Source of the DNA: Trichoplax adhaerens
Lineage: Eukaryota > Animalia > Placozoa
Reading direction: 5' to 3'
Length of the DNA stretch: 64,000 nt
Assembly: GCF_000150275.1 (NCBI RefSeq)
Contig: NW_002060949.1
Span: forward strand, 4,378,964-4,442,963
Translations under genes and position numbers: made by a program
Notes under the pieces: model-generated
Database searches by the model: none
What the model saw: only the letters and a program-made list of their open reading frames with translations
Told to the model about the DNA's origin: nothing
Shown: positions 40,292-53,826 of the stretch, piece after piece
Numbering within the stretch: position 1 is the stretch's first letter
Layout: every line of letters begins with the position of its first letter

Positions 40292-43200
40292 CTATCGTAG
40301 TTGTTTATCAATAAAAACCTATTCCAAGTAAAATGTATCATGCGGTATTTTATGTTGTTGCTAAAAATAATTAAGCGTCGAAAATAGTTAATTCGGGGAT
40401 AACTATCTAAACAGCGATTAGGTAATGACATTTTAGTTAAGTTGATATCAGTATCAGCTACAAGTCACTCTTTTCGAACTTGAGATAATCATTTAATAGG
40501 CATACAAGAAATTTTTAAAAGCATAGGATTACCACAATCTGCATCTTTATTTTCTGGATGAATGGGATACTACCATCCAATATAAATAAATATTAAATTT
40601 ACTATAAATTTAAAAAGTGTACTGCTGTGTACTTCGATACCTGTAACATCAGGAACAATCCTAACGCCATAACGTATATTCTTATACACACAAAACTCTA
40701 GATCGCTAATTTTTGAAATGATTATAATATACACGAAATATATTTATTGAGAACTTTGACTAGAAACCAACACATTAGTTAGATATCTATCGGCAACAAC
40801 AAGAATAATTATCAAGTTTGTAGTTGTCGCACCACTTAAAGATTTTATCATTCTTAGCCTCCGTAATTGACGGCAAACTGTGGGTATATCCTGACATTTT
40901 TGCACATAAGATTTAATAATTTTAAAAATGAATGAAAAGCCTATTACTTGACTTATTTTTCTCAAAAACTCCATTCAATAGAATGAAGGAAACCTACGGG
41001 CGAAAGATTGCCAAACTATAAAAGATTTCACGGTCAATAAGCTTGATTCTCATTTATTTTGATCGTCAGCCTGATAAATATATATATGATACAGTAAAGC
41101 ATTAATATCTAAAATTTAATAACCTTTCCCAACTCATGACAGCAATCTAAGGGCTTATACTAAAATAACATTACTCACCACCAATTTCAGCGGTTTAATT
41201 GGAAATAGTTCATACTTGAGATATCGCATCAAATATCAGATTTAATTTTATTAGACTGGAGTGCATTTCTTTTATGAATGAAAGATCATATCATAAAAAG
41301 TATTTGCAGGACAGCTTACCAAAAATTAAATAGTAAACGTATAATCAAGTAGGTAAATAATAACAGCTACACATATACTCTCATCATACTAATGATAAAA
41401 TAAAAATTACATAGAAATGTAGAGCATAGCTGGAATAGATTATTAAGCAATAAGTGAGGATATAAAAATGGTTGTTACGCAGCAAATATTAAGTGTAGAA
41501 CGACTCCATAAATAAATATGTATAGGAAGAGTATAAGATAAATATATTAACACGAATTAAGAGAATAGTCTCGCGCCTAGAGTAAAATTAGGTTATCCAT
41601 TTAATGTAGAGCCATTGGCTGAAGAATAGGTCACGACTATGAGAGGGGATACCTGGATGGACGAGCGAATCTCATACTGAAGCTTAGAGTCGTGTCTACG
41701 AAAATAGTACAGTTAGACTAGCTATCGGACTTACTGCTGTACTTAAAAAGTATTCTAAATTTTTTACATTGTAATAAACTGATTTTAACCTATACACTTC
41801 TTGGCCTTCTTATAGTTATCGGTAATTACCAAAAAGTGGAAGTATAGTTTGGAATTAGCTTGTTACAATAAAGTAATTGCGATAACTTATTACCTAACTA
41901 CGTTATCTTCTTCAGTTTATTCAGGAAGATTTTATGCTGTATTTTACTAAGAGTATCTTTACTAGTAAGTAAATATCTATCTAGGACTCGGTTTTACTCT
42001 ACCGTATGCAAACCGAAATAGGTAAAATTTATTAAATCGGCGATAAAGAAACTATTCTATCATTCGCATCCAAATTTGTCTTAGAAAATATAATTCGAAG
42101 CAATTTCTAAACAGTATTTCGCTTGAAAATTTTTTAAAGCGATATAAATAGGACTTCATTACATTACTTTAAAATCAATCTCAAAAGCAGTACTACTGCA
42201 CTTACCATTTAATCACGTATTCTTATCATGCTCTATCTATCACAATTTGGTTAAAATCTTAAAGTAGCCTGGCCCATGTTTCAAAAGCATCCGATGATTA
42301 AAGTTCTCTATAAAATTATTCCTGAGTACAATAGTTCATGCATAGATGACTATTAAACTTTATTCCCTGCGTCAAAATTAGCATAAGTATATTGACGGCT
42401 AACACTATGAAAGGGGTTGCTTACTATATTATAGCAGATTTAAGCTATTGGTCATCAGTGTAATTAAATTATTCAATTTTTTAGCTAATTTTTATTACCG
42501 ATGTCATTAATAGACCTTTTACAGTAGACTATGCATACTTTATCTTGATGTGCACATTTTCTTTATTGCCCTAACAATTTTGGTACCAAAAGTGAAGTAA
42601 ACCCTTTGTATCGCATGATGGATTAGTCTTCTATTAAAGCCTACTAGCGGGCTCTAAGTTATCAATTGTGTTTGAATCTGGTATGGAAGAAAAAATAGCA
42701 CTGATATCAGGCTCCTTTTAGGTCTGAATAGCTAAAATTTAAAGAAATGGATCCTTATTATCTAATTTAACAGATTTGAACAAATTACACGGAATAGCTT
42801 TTTTCTGTACCGATAGAAAGAAATTGACGGATCTAATTAATTAATATAGAATTAAACGTCCAGAAATATGCAATATATCGCGATCCTATCGAGTATTAAT
42901 AGTAACTATACGCAATGACAAAAGTATCATTGATGAACTGAGGTAATAACGTCGAACGATTACGTTTAATAGTTCAATTCTAATACTTTAATTTTAAAAA
43001 CTAAATTTCCTCCTGGATCATAAAATTTAAGAGATAGTATTCACAATACATTATCAGATAGCAACTACATTATATCAATTCATTCTGTGATGCGATTTGA
43101 GGGTATTTAGGCATAATTTGGTTATTTACTAAACCATCTTACCATACAACTAATATAAGAGCTTAGTTGCTAATACTAGAATTTCATTATTATGATGATA

Positions 43201-43380
43201 AACTAATGTAAGAACTTTTAGATAATGACACTTGATGGCTCAATTCTAACACATTATTTAAATCTAAATTACTATATAAGTATTACAATTCAGGTAATTA
43301 CATTTACAAATCATTAACAGTAACTGCATCAATAAATCACCGTAGAAAGCTATGTACATTTTAAAATACTTTAGCTTGCT

Positions 43381-43462
43381 AATAATAATAATAATATTAA
43401 TAATAACATAAATACTAAATATAAATACAAATAATAATAAAATAAAAACGATGATAATAATA
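43381..43462. repeat. Imperfect (AAT)n microsatellite
   Basis: aataataataataatattaataataacataaat...aataataataa. Confidence 0.75.
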
Positions 43463-46400
43463 TTTTAGCTTGCTTCTCGCTCCATTAAACTTAATTTTCA
43501 AAAATAATTTCGTTATTTGACTATTGCACTACCATGAATTCAATTAAATTTTAAAATATTTCTCAAAATTTAATCAAAAATAGTGATAGTAAACATGTTC
43601 ACTCGCTATTGCTAATCCGTATGGTTATACTGTTATCTCAAATTATTTTTGCTATACTAATCTATTTAAAATGTGTACTCCATCATAAGCGTTTAAAGTA
43701 ATTCTACGCGTGAAATATTCTATAATACAATTCACGTACAATACATCAACATCATTATATTTTTAATACTCTACACTATGAATTTAAATCCATTCTAAAC
43801 TGACTTTCGACGGTCATCAGTAAGCTAGGTTCCACGGAATGATATATGGCATCTATGGGTAAATCCTTTTGTTGCTAGCCATAAAAAGGAAGAATTGACG
43901 TAAGCTGTTTTGTAATGTTGACGGAATATTATGATGGTACTTTGAAAATCCTAAAATACAGTAGATAATCTTAGAGACAGAATAGCAACTCTAAATATTG
44001 ATTTATTTCAATATGACAAATACCTATTATTGCTCACACTTAATAATAGACAAAAATTTATATATGGTCAAAAAATAATAAAAAATTCGCTCAGTAATAG
44101 TGGATGGCATGTAATCGAAAGCATTGTAATTTACTCCCGTTTTTCTTAATCATAATTAACAATAACTCTAAAGACAACTTCAACAATTTATCATACTTAA
44201 GAGCCTTCGTGCAGATGTGCTATCTTGACGAATATTAAAATAAAGAGAGAAAAGAATAGACATGCAAAATCCAAACAATAAAAGACTACTTCGGTATTCT
44301 TTTAACGTCTTGAAAATATAGACGAAATATGCAGTTGGAATTTATTGTTCAAGCTATTTTTACAAACAATTAAAAGATTATTTTTTTAAAAACATCTGTG
44401 ACATAACTAACGTAACTAACGTATGAATACCAATCTATACCACTTAAGCTTAATCTACTTGTAAGAGCTAGTTTTATATTTTAATGTGAATTAATAAATT
44501 TAAAATCTATCTCAAGGCCGCTATTACTTATAACCTTTTATATATCTAAATCTTTGGCTATAATAGGAAGGATTCAATTTTCTAGGTTGCCATTATATTT
44601 TAATATAATATCAATTACATCATTAGCCTATTATCGAAATGTAGAAATTCTAATAGGATAAGATAATAACAAGAGATTAGATCTTAACTATTATAAGAAT
44701 TTTAGTAAATATAAACAAAAACAAACTTCTAAAACAGGAATTCAGTTGTATCCTAAGTTGCATAATTGAATCAACTATACAATTAATTTCACTGATTATA
44801 TGCTTTGCATTCACTCATATGTACGCGCAAGAAATAAGTAATATCATAAAAAATTTGAGGTTATACACTTAGAAATAGTAATAATGATGAATTTTAGGGG
44901 ATAAAGAATACTTAATTAAAGTTTAATTTAAAGTTCTCAAACTATAGACTCACCAACATTCGGATGTGTCTATCAAGCCGTTAGTATATCATATTTATAA
45001 TAGTATTTTGCTCTTAATCAGTTTACCGCATCAAACGGTCCATATATTGTACTATGTTAATCTATCCTACACATACCGTAGATAGTCTATGAAAAAGGAA
45101 AGCTCTGTTTTATCCTATCATCAAATTTAATTATCATGCACACTTTTCAATAACCTATATGAGCACAATGATAAGTATTCATAAGATGATGAATAAGGAT
45201 TGATTTAGTAATCTAGAAATATCGCATCTGTGGGACGATAATTACTTTTTAGATGTATTAAAACTACTACGGAAGATTAAAGCGCTAATCACTAACCTTT
45301 GCTATTATGGATCAATTATCTTTATCAGAATGACAAATTGATATCCCATACGTTTTCTTTGGCGTCAAACAATCTGTAACATTGAAGATAAATTCTATCC
45401 ATTTCGTTAACTTTATTGACCAATCTATTTATTTATATCATTCATTATTACACTGTATTATCAGAAAATTTGCGAATGAACATATATAACATATTTATGT
45501 CTATACAACAATATATACTTATTCGATGTGCTAATTCAGCATGCTGTGTATACAATAAAAAATTATTTTATCAACGTAATACTTATAACATTTAATATAA
45601 TATAAACTAAGTAAGTTAAAGTAAAAAGAAGGAATGACGATCATTTATAATAATAGAATTGTAGGGAAGTGACGTTAAGTCATATTGACGCAGATACTAA
45701 GTTGTACTGATGTCTAATAAATTGGTGAGTACATGATGATACGGTCAACTGTAATAGGTCGAGCTATTACAAGAACATAATAAAAATTAATATTAGAGTA
45801 ATGATCGTACTGTACCTTTATTCAATTTTTCATTAATTTCATTGATTTATGCCTGCTAAGAACTAATCAGTGGGTTTTAATATTATTGTTAAAATAAAAT
45901 TATCCTGGTAAAATGAATCATTCCTCGTCTAAAATTTAAAACATCTGCTATCATTCCTATCTAAGTATTTATAAAATTTTCTTTTAGTGTTTTTCAAAAC
46001 AATTGCGATAAGATCTTAATTTTCTTCTTCCGTATCGTTATTATGCAGTAATAAATGCTTGAATAGCATCCTAATTCATCCATTGCATACTGGTACTATA
46101 AATACGATGAAATGATCCGCTCTAAATAGTATTCACCTAAATAAGTTGCCAGCTTTTATTCCAGATTTACAAAAGTCATAGATTGTTAAGAGAAAAAATA
46201 AAGACGTTATCACCTTATTCTTTTTTTATTATTCGATTAATCTTTGTAGACATTCCATTAACTTCGAATCATCAGTAAATAAATTATCATAATTTTTATT
46301 ACCTTTTCTAATCAACTTTTCGTAGTATTTTAGACACTAAACTATCAATAAAATATAAATATTGATAGCAATAAAGCTATCAGTTTGAAAGATTTCCCAT

Positions 46401-49400
46401 TCATGCTGTTATCAGTAATTATTTGAATAAAAGAACATCAATTTTACAACCTAATCTATCCGATATTGAAATTATCTGAAATGAGATTCTTTAATAGAAG
46501 GGAAAGAATTCTTTTCATCAGATAGTAATCGAAAGTGAAATGTAAATTAATAAATCCCAAACTTAATTTATAACCTGACGTGATTTACATTAAATTCTTG
46601 GTTATGTTATTACGACACATACCGTCTCTATTTGTATCATGTCCTAATTACGATGAAGAATAGGAATAAGAAAAAAGTAAATATATTTTTATATTTACAG
46701 GGCTTTACGAGTTAAAACCTTTTTACCAAGATATTTGTACTACTTTTTATCTATCATTTCCAAACAATAGCTGTATTGATTTATTGCAGCTGTTATCGGT
46801 AGTTATAGAAAGAAAACAATGTTATCAATTAAGAAGTGAGTCAGAGGAAGTCCCATACATTATCCTGTTCTAGATAAAAGCAATACCTTTCTATCAACTT
46901 TGAATTATCATAGATAAGCACCTGTCGATTAAAAAAATAGGTAATCCATTGATAATTTAATTACAATAGCAAAAAGGATTCCAAAATTTCTCTGATCTTG
47001 TATTTAACTCAAAATTATAGGATAATAAACTATAATATAAGCAACTGAAATACCAAAACCAGCAAAACACTATCAAAAGAAAGTACATATATAAGCCAAT
47101 CATAGTGTAAAATATTGTAGTCTAATTCAATGGTTACTTGAATGAAACCTTCTTTTCATATTCCTTATTTTTTCATTAATCCCAATATGTGAAAGACAAT
47201 TATTTTTTAAGTTTATATTTTGTATAGAATTAACAGATTAATATCATGTTTGTTTATCGTGTCTATCCTCGTATAAACAAATTGGATAGACTAACACATT
47301 ATCATAATTCCATAATTACTTTAAACAATATTATTACTGCCGAAACAACATTGCAACTGTTTAAATTTAATTTTCCGCTTGAATGAATGTAATTCGTAAT
47401 AGCAACATAAGTGCTACCTCGGTTTTGGTATACTGCAGATGTATGTTAATAAAGTTGAATCCAACCGATATTTTACCTCTATCAAAATCGAGGACTCATT
47501 TCTTAATTTAAAGGCGCTTTCAAACTTACGTTTTTCAATAGGTTCTTGCATTTTCGACAATAGATATTAGATAATATGAAGTATGCTGACATCAAAGACT
47601 TATTGTCTACATATCCATTAGATTTATATTCAGTAATTATAGGGTCGATAGCCACAATACGAATAGAAAAATATATTTTACTAAAGACCACTTTTCATCC
47701 AAAAAAATATAAAATTAAATACCCTTGCCACTTTTTTACGGTACTCAGTTTAAATATGATCGAAACGACTACATTCTAAATAAGACTATTTTATCAAGAT
47801 AAATAGATTAGATAGCTACTATTGCGAATATTGTCCAACAATGCTGAATATCGTATCGCAACTGCATTATATATCATTATCAAGAAGTAAACAATAATCT
47901 TTGCTGATGAAGATATAATATGATATAATCTATCATAATTAGATCATTAAATTAGGTTGGAACAGATGATATTACATTAAAAACCGTGCTATAGCATAAA
48001 GCGAAATTTATCTACTAGACAATAAATATCATTTTTCACACGGTGAGAATTTATATTGTATTTTAGAGAAGATAGAACACCTTAGATTGTCCTATCTTAT
48101 TTGGGATTGAGTCTATTCTATACCCTCATTTTCTTTGATATTAATATTTTTAACGGCTGATAAGCTAGAAATAAATAATTTAAATGACGTAAGTTATTCT
48201 ATGATAAAAACATTTACTTTAGGTAATCAATGGTTTAGCAGTATTCTCCAGATTATTTGGAATGAATAAGTCTCGTAATGCAAATTTTTTCAATTGCTCC
48301 TCTTATTGTAAATCATATTTTTTTCTTTTTGTATTTTTATGCAGATTTCTACCATTACATAAGGTTCAATGGCAATATATAACCATGCATCTCCTATAGT
48401 ACTTCTGATACTAGCAGTAGAGTGAATAATGAATTTTTATCCAGTTATCAATAGTATGAATAGATTCCGACGATAAACCAGCTCAAAGTGTCGTGCAACC
48501 TGTCTTTACATGATGTTCTTTCAAGTATTCAACTTTTTTTATTTTTATTTTCTTTATAGATACAGTAGCTGTTAGTTAAAGATAATATGAAGATAAATAA
48601 ATCAATAGTTATTGTGTTTTTAAGGTTTTTAGTTTTCTTTCTCTCAATGAATCTTCTACTCTTTCCAACTGCCTGATATGGTGAAGAATTCAGAACGGTA
48701 TTGAAGCCCATCATTGGAGATCAATATACGCGTGTAACACCAATACGATTTTGCATTTTAATGAGTTGATATAATCAATATAATCATTAATGAGTGATTC
48801 TATTACATAGGTGTTCATTTGCAATCATGTTCTACGTAACAATAGCATTCTTAATCGAAGTTAGCTTTTATTCTACGTTGATATCGTCCATATGATATGA
48901 TAGAGAATAGAAGAGTGTAGAAATGTAGTTAGATAGCCTTTAATATCGTGAACTACCTAAATACTATTGTAAATTATTGACAATAACCATCATCCTCATA
49001 ATAATGATGATGATAGCGTAGATAAGTTGTACGAATAATATTGATTGTTGTTACAGATAAGACTGGCAAATAGATTAGATAACATGTGCAGATATATCAA
49101 GATAATGCAATTACTCAAAGTATTCAAGCGTTAAGTGGCTGTAATATCATGTTGATAGCAAGCCTCTACTTGTTATCGCTGACAGGACGAGTTTTTCTAA
49201 GCAGGAATAATATAAAATGAAGTAGAGTAAGATGATCATTACGCTATTAATTTTTTTTCAAAATACAATAAGTTGTTCTATAATTAATTAATAGTTATGT
49301 CAATACTGGTAAAGTTCACTTGATCTCAATATTTTACCTCAGACAGAGACAGACGCTCGAGCAAATAAGAAAATAATCAAATGTGCTAACCCTTTATTAT

Positions 49401-52400
49401 CTATTGATATCAAGGATTAGCATGACAATTTCCATCAAATTAACTACCATTGAATTAAACAACGTCACCGCCTATTCAGACTATTGAAAAAGCGATTGTT
49501 ATATTGACGTTAGCATTGATTCTACCGGACTAGCAAGACAATTCACCAATCAACATCTTATGTTATAATTAGCAGCCAAGTTGATTAACAATCATTTAAA
49601 AGCTTGAACGATTTAATTAAATTGTATCTGTGTTTATACTACAGACAACGATTGACAATATTCTAGGCAACATTAAATCTAATTGCATCCAGTTGGACCT
49701 GCAACAGTTTGATGTAATCTGTCCTCATCTTATCTTGTCAACTTGATCCTTCCTTGAATCCATAGAAGCATATCTGTTTTCTCTTTAATGCTTAAAATAT
49801 AGGTAATCAGATTTTTTCTTAAGTGGCAATCATTATTTTAAACTATGATTACTGATTTGGCGTAACATCGTTTTTTTCGTATTATTGCATTATTTATTAT
49901 AGATCTAATTGCAACCCATCACGACAATCTAAGCTAATCTTTATCAATACATCAAGCTTAATTCCTTCAGGTAATTTAAAAGAGAAATTGAAAACTCAAT
50001 TTTTTCTCTATGTATATTCTTTCTTTACGATTAATGAACTTGAGAATGATATTTTTACAATTTTTCGTCTTTATCTGTAATCACCTTCCATCTCAATCTT
50101 CAACTATACAGTTGTAGAAATCACTGCCTCTCTTGATTTCCTTTATAATCTTGACCAGATTTAGTATCAACTACATCGATCGTATTGATACTATTACATC
50201 TTTATAACCCCTAAATCTAATCTCTATTGTCTGCCTCCAAGTTTTTCTAACTCTTTATGATTCTATTGCCAGTTATCTAGCACACTATAAATATCTATAT
50301 GCTATTCGATTTATAACGCTATTAAGTTAAAATTTTATTTAAAAAAGTGGCTAAATTTCTATTGATGTGCGTTGGTGTTATTTACTCCCATTTCTATCAG
50401 TACCATGTAGACATTGAAATACCAATTGGAATTGCCTTATAAAATAATTATAATTGTCCTAACATTAAATTCTTAATTGGTCATTCCATTTCTCGACATC
50501 CTTTTATCCTATTCCAAAGTGTTTTTAACATTTGCATATGATCATCCACGATAAAATAATGAATAATAGAAAAATAGTAATCAAAATTAGCTTGTAAATC
50601 AACTCCTACACGATACACTTTATCTTGCTGATCAGAATATTTTCAGCGCAGACTATAAATAGCTAGCTTAGCAAGAAAATAATCTGATCTCAGATATCAA
50701 CTCGTTTTATTATCGAGAAAAAAAAACAGTTCTTGCAAACTAAAAATGTTGAAATATTATAGAATTATAGATATTATTATTAACTATAATAGATTTAACG
50801 AAAACTTAATCTTGAAGTACTTAAATTAATGAAGAACTATCGATACTTATAGATTACGTATAATTAAAGTATTGACCACAAAATCAAGTGCAGTACTTTC
50901 TTGTGAGGGGTCACACAAGCTTTAAGAATTGCCAAGTATATTATTTATTATAGTTATGGTAACAAAGATATATGTTACCATTCTATTAATGATTTCGATC
51001 ATGCAATGAATCGTATTTTCTGTATATTACCTAAAGTTATATCTAGGAAGAAAGAAATTTATGACAGTGTTGCTGTTAAATCTACTAGTTATAAAAAATC
51101 TAATCGTACACAATTTGAAAGTTAAGCTAAAGCAATATTAGCTTATTAGTAGAATCTTTTACCAAGGTATTTAGTCTTAAATTCTTCTTCTTTGTACCAA
51201 TTAGCTGTACATTATAAAGCTGAAAAAGCTCTACTGCGTTAAATGATATCATTAATAAATTTCCTTTTCTAAATACACTCATCATCTAATAACTAAAAAT
51301 AATAAATTAAATCAACATGGGAATATCTTATCATGTTTGAATTCTTTCTTGATAGGTAAAATGTTACATTTTTATCCCCTTTTATTACCTCTAAACCTTT
51401 ATCGAGTTATTCTATATGCAAAATGAATCATAATTTAATTCAGTTCACAACATCTGCCATCATCGCGATCATATCTATCAATAACTTCTTTTATTTTATT
51501 CATTTTATGACTATCTAATGGTCACAGTAGTCTTCTGTGCTTGATTGATTCTTGTACCAACTGGTTCGATGTCCAAGCTAGTGAGACATATAATACAGAA
51601 AAGTGAAGTTTTTATCTCAGTGTCTTTGATATTAAACACAATTTATACGATCTTAAATAAAATAATGCGATCAGTTAAGACCATCATTTATAATCGTTAC
51701 CATGCGAAAAAATAGAGTAAGGTCCATTTATTTTGTTGCCATGATGTTAATTTTTAATTCAAGGATAAGTCAAAGCCCTATTTGATATTCATTATAACCG
51801 TGTTAACTTGTTTTATACTTGCCTAATTCAAATGATATGTTGGTTTACTCATTTCCCATTACTTATCACTATTAAATAACTTGATTATGCAAAAATGCCT
51901 TTTAATATCGTTAATAAATTCTCCACTGGGAATCATTCATTTTATTGCCATGATATTAATTCTTCAGCGCATGAATAAATTAAAGCAGTAGCTAATTTTC
52001 GTTACTAGTCCATTTAACCTATGTAATATATAAAAATATATGTTTTATCCATATGACATGCTTATTTTCCTTCCAACAACGCTATCAATACATACAATTA
52101 CGTTAAAAATCTTCTTTTATCATCGATTTGTCATTAAATAAATTATACAGCAAGTTGGCTCATTTTTGTTACACTGATATTAATTCTAAACGTATAGATA
52201 GCTCAATATGTTATTTAATCTCCATTACATTACTTGTTGATTTATTTCACACGTATTCAATTTCCATAGCACTATATGTCAATACTTCTATTAGCAATTA
52301 TTATCCCCTTTTATTTAGACCTACCCACCTACTTCTGCCCAGATTGGGAAAAAATTGATTAAGCAGTCAATTTTGTGCTACCATGTTAGGGTCCACTTTC

Positions 52401-53503
52401 AGTTATATATTTCCTTTAGAGCTAAGTCATATACTTATAGTAATGTCGCCAACACATTCAACATGACTAAATGTGATAAAAAATGATCCTTGGATTGCTT
52501 GCTATTATCATAACATGTTAATTTGGAAAATCTATTAATCACTAGCCGCATAATAACTTTTACTAAAATTTTACTTTAGGTTATTTTATTATTTCATGCA
52601 GTACATGAGTATACAATATTCTCAACCTGTTTAGTAAACACACACGTATGTAGATATTCCTATAGTTTGAGGATTATTTGTTAATTCCATGTTAAAAGTG
52701 ACACTATCCTCCGCCCTTAAAGAAATTATTTCTGACTCTCTTCCTATCTATCTGTCTTCATAATATAGATAGAATTCAATCAATTAATTAACGTAGACAT
52801 AGACCACATAGAATAGGCAGAGAAGCGATAGATGACGTCTTCTATGACATTCAAAAAAGACATTGAGTTATTATATAAAAGCATGAAGAAAAATCAACTC
52901 CGATTTTTTTTGTCTTTAAGTTGCATCCATTCTTTTATACTGTATATTAGAAACTTTGCTTCATTTTAATCAATGACTCTGATAGTTGTATTCGTATTAA
53001 AACAACTTATATTTAATATTCAATAATTAAAACACCTTTGTTGTCTGTTGTTGAACAATCTTGATTCCATTGTAATGTTATCGTCATATGACTACAAGAA
53101 ATGATCTTGATGTCATTGGCATCATTGATGATTTTGCAAGTTATATTCATCAATTCAATTTGATAAATTAACGCTATTACACAAGTTTTATACATTCCAT
53201 TATAATGTTAATATTAGTTAGAAGTCTTTATTCACTGCTTATTTTATATTATTAAACTACTTGATCGACGTATAGTTCAACAAATTATTCCTTTACCCAA
53301 TCAACATATCCTACCCATTTATTTGTTGAGTTACGCGTAGGAAGAAGATTTAATCTGCAATTAAACCCTAATCGCTATGGATGCACTTTAGAAAGAAATT
53401 CGTTCGTGGTCTTGTATATAATTTAATAAGAGCTATTACATCTTGGTGATTTCTAGTTAAAAATTGATTCCTCTAAAAAAATCTCTACTGTTATTTTTTA
53501 CCC

Positions 53504-53704
53504 GTAAGTTTCTATAGCAGAAATAGATAATCTTTTCTGCTATAGTATAGGTGTCTTTGATAGTAACGACTAGATGATTACTACAGCAATAGCCTACTAA
53601 TCGTTAAGTAATGGCTACCTATTCATCCAGATACTTACTGCTTGACCGATATTGATAAAGGCAATCTTACAATTTTTCTGTTTTGGGATTATTTCATTAT
53701 CTAG
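53504..53704 (+). other. Probable 5'-UTR intron of TFAP2
   Basis: GTAAGT donor at 53504 and a pyrimidine-rich tttcattatctag acceptor ending at 53704, 122 nt before the ATG. Confidence 0.45.
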
Positions 53705-53826
53705 GTAGAAATTAAAGCGATAGATTGAAGCGGAAAGAAAAGCTAATCAAGTAAATTACCTAAACTTCAACTAGAATCAAGAGTCGTCAAGATTAACTAA
53801 TCTTCTTCGGGTTCAAATTAATTTCT

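Noticed and set aside
40744-53195. Isolated ORFs at 40744, 47503, 47576, 48529, 52128 and 53013
   Set aside because: Short, I/L/F/Y/K/N-biased as expected from AT-rich noncoding DNA; no domain resemblance or exon chain.
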